Source of the DNA: an uncultured bacterium
GTDB taxonomy: Bacteria; Actinomycetota; Actinomycetes; S36-B12; CAIKAW01
DNA length: 64,000 nt
Direction of reading: 5' to 3'
NCBI GenBank assembly: GCA_903825575.1
Contig: CAIKAW010000047.1
Location: 21,891 to 85,890 of the forward strand
In this document: piece after piece, positions 63,142 through 64,000 of the stretch
Position numbering within the stretch: position 1 is the first letter of the stretch
Layout: every line of letters starts with the position of its first letter
Translations under genes and position numbers: made by a program
The notes under the pieces: model-generated
The model's database searches: none
What the model was told of the DNA's origin: nothing
Seen by the model: only the letters and a program-made list of their open reading frames with translations

Positions 63142-64000
63142 CTTGCACCCAACAAGGCTTTCAAGTCGCCGTACAGGGCCGGCGATGGGGTGACTCGATA
63201 CTTGTCGTCGAGCCTTAGGACGGTGGTGCGCGCACCGTTCTGTAGTTGTAGTTGAACCTCAGTTACGCCCGGGTGAGTTGCAAGGACTGCCTTCAGTGCA
63301 TCCACAACCGGCGGCACACACCGCGCCGCCGGCAAGGTAATTACTACGGGTCCGGCAGCGACTTCATTTAGGTCCGGCACACTGATCTCGAGTGCGACAA
63401 CCTTGGGACTGTCTTCTTCGCGCAGGTCAAGACGGCCCTTAACTACCAGTACGACATCGTCAACGAGCTGCGTGCCGACCGTCGCGTACAAGTGCGGGAA
63501 GATCATGATCTCAACGGCGCCCTCAAGATCTTCCAACGTAACGATGGCCCACGGATTGCCGCCGTTGCGAGTCATCTTGCGAGCAACGCCAGTAACGAGC
63601 CCTCCCACCGTGACGATGGCTCCGTCGGTACGGACCTCGGCCAGCAGTGTCCCGATCCCCATGTCAGTTGAAGTGGCCAGCAGGTGTTCAACCCCATAAA
63701 GCGGGTGGTCGCTGACGTAGAGACCGAGCATTTCTCGCTCGTAGGAAAGAAGCGTTCGCTTATCCCATTCCCCGAGCGGGACGGAAAGTTCAGCTCCGAT
63801 TCCAAAACCAGCCTCAGGCGCGTTGTCTTCAGCGGCACCGAAAAGGTCAAACTGGCCGATCGCCTCGGCTCGTTTCACGTCCAAAACCGAATCGACAGCT
63901 TCGGCGTGGATCGAAATCAAACCCTTGCGGGTGTGGCCAAGAGAATCAAAAGCGCCGGCTTTGATCAACGACTCAATCGTCCGCTTATTGCAGGCCACCT
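63102..64000 (-). CDS. dnaE: DNA polymerase III alpha subunit, C-terminal fragment (gene continues beyond window end)
   Basis: A KAGAFDSLG...YEREMLGLYVSDHPL sequence and an OB-fold region typical of the DnaE C-terminus. The reading frame is open to the window edge. Confidence 0.9.
   Translation of the reverse strand, partial: VACNKRTIESLIKAGAFDSLGHTRKGLISIHAEAVDSVLDVKRAEAIGQFDLFGAAEDNAPEAGFGIGAELSVPLGEWDKRTLLSYEREMLGLYVSDHPLYGVEHLLATSTDMGIGTLLAEVRTDGAIVTVGGLVTGVARKMTRNGGNPWAIVTLEDLEGAVEIMIFPHLYATVGTQLVDDVVLVVKGRLDLREEDSPKVVALEISVPDLNEVAAGPVVITLPAARCVPPVVDALKAVLATHPGVTEVQLQLQNGARTTVLRLDDKYRVTPSPALYGDLKALLGASCLGSVDPVLSAS

Overview
High-GC, actinobacterial-type chromosomal window. It is about 95% coding, with 57 of 61 recognisable CDS on the minus strand. 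I saw no rRNA, tRNA, CRISPR array, transposase or integrase. The backbone is conserved housekeeping, listed here in coordinate order. It runs: hisE (truncated); the rib operon ribD-ribE-ribBA-ribH behind an FMN riboswitch; rpe, rsmB, fmt, def, priA, metK, coaBC, rpoZ, gmk, mihF; a complete pyrimidine operon pyrR-pyrB-pyrC-(membrane ORF)-carA-carB-pyrK-pyrD-pyrF; a divergent bldD; pyk; and gltB-gltD. After the accessory block come an FKBP lipoprotein, lgt, a DsbA-like and a MauE-like gene; trpA/B/C with small membrane proteins; trpE, hisI, hisF/A/H/B; and dnaE (truncated). Many ORF-track starts are over-extended, and I re-assigned them where stop/start overlaps or ribosome-binding sites support it. 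The stand-out is a ~16 kb block at about 32.8-48.9 kb on the minus strand. It begins with four 11-nt-phased PHO-box-like repeats in front of pstB-pstC-pstA, which is the inverse of the usual pstSCAB order. This operon runs on with overlapping stop/start codons into three further genes. The first is a PstS-like protein tethered by a Gly-Thr stalk and a C-terminal transmembrane helix. The second is a 901-aa Cys-rich anchored protein with a degenerate PstS-like domain. The third is a sortase-fold membrane protein with no cysteine at all. Next come a second, unanchored PstS-like protein and a WxL-like/DUF916-like surface module with two large paralogous Ig-repeat proteins. I read the block as a candidate phosphate-starvation-induced cell-surface phosphate-capture apparatus that I do not recognise as a described system. 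This is inference from sequence and motif recall only. All family assignments were made by eye and need HMM or structure searches.
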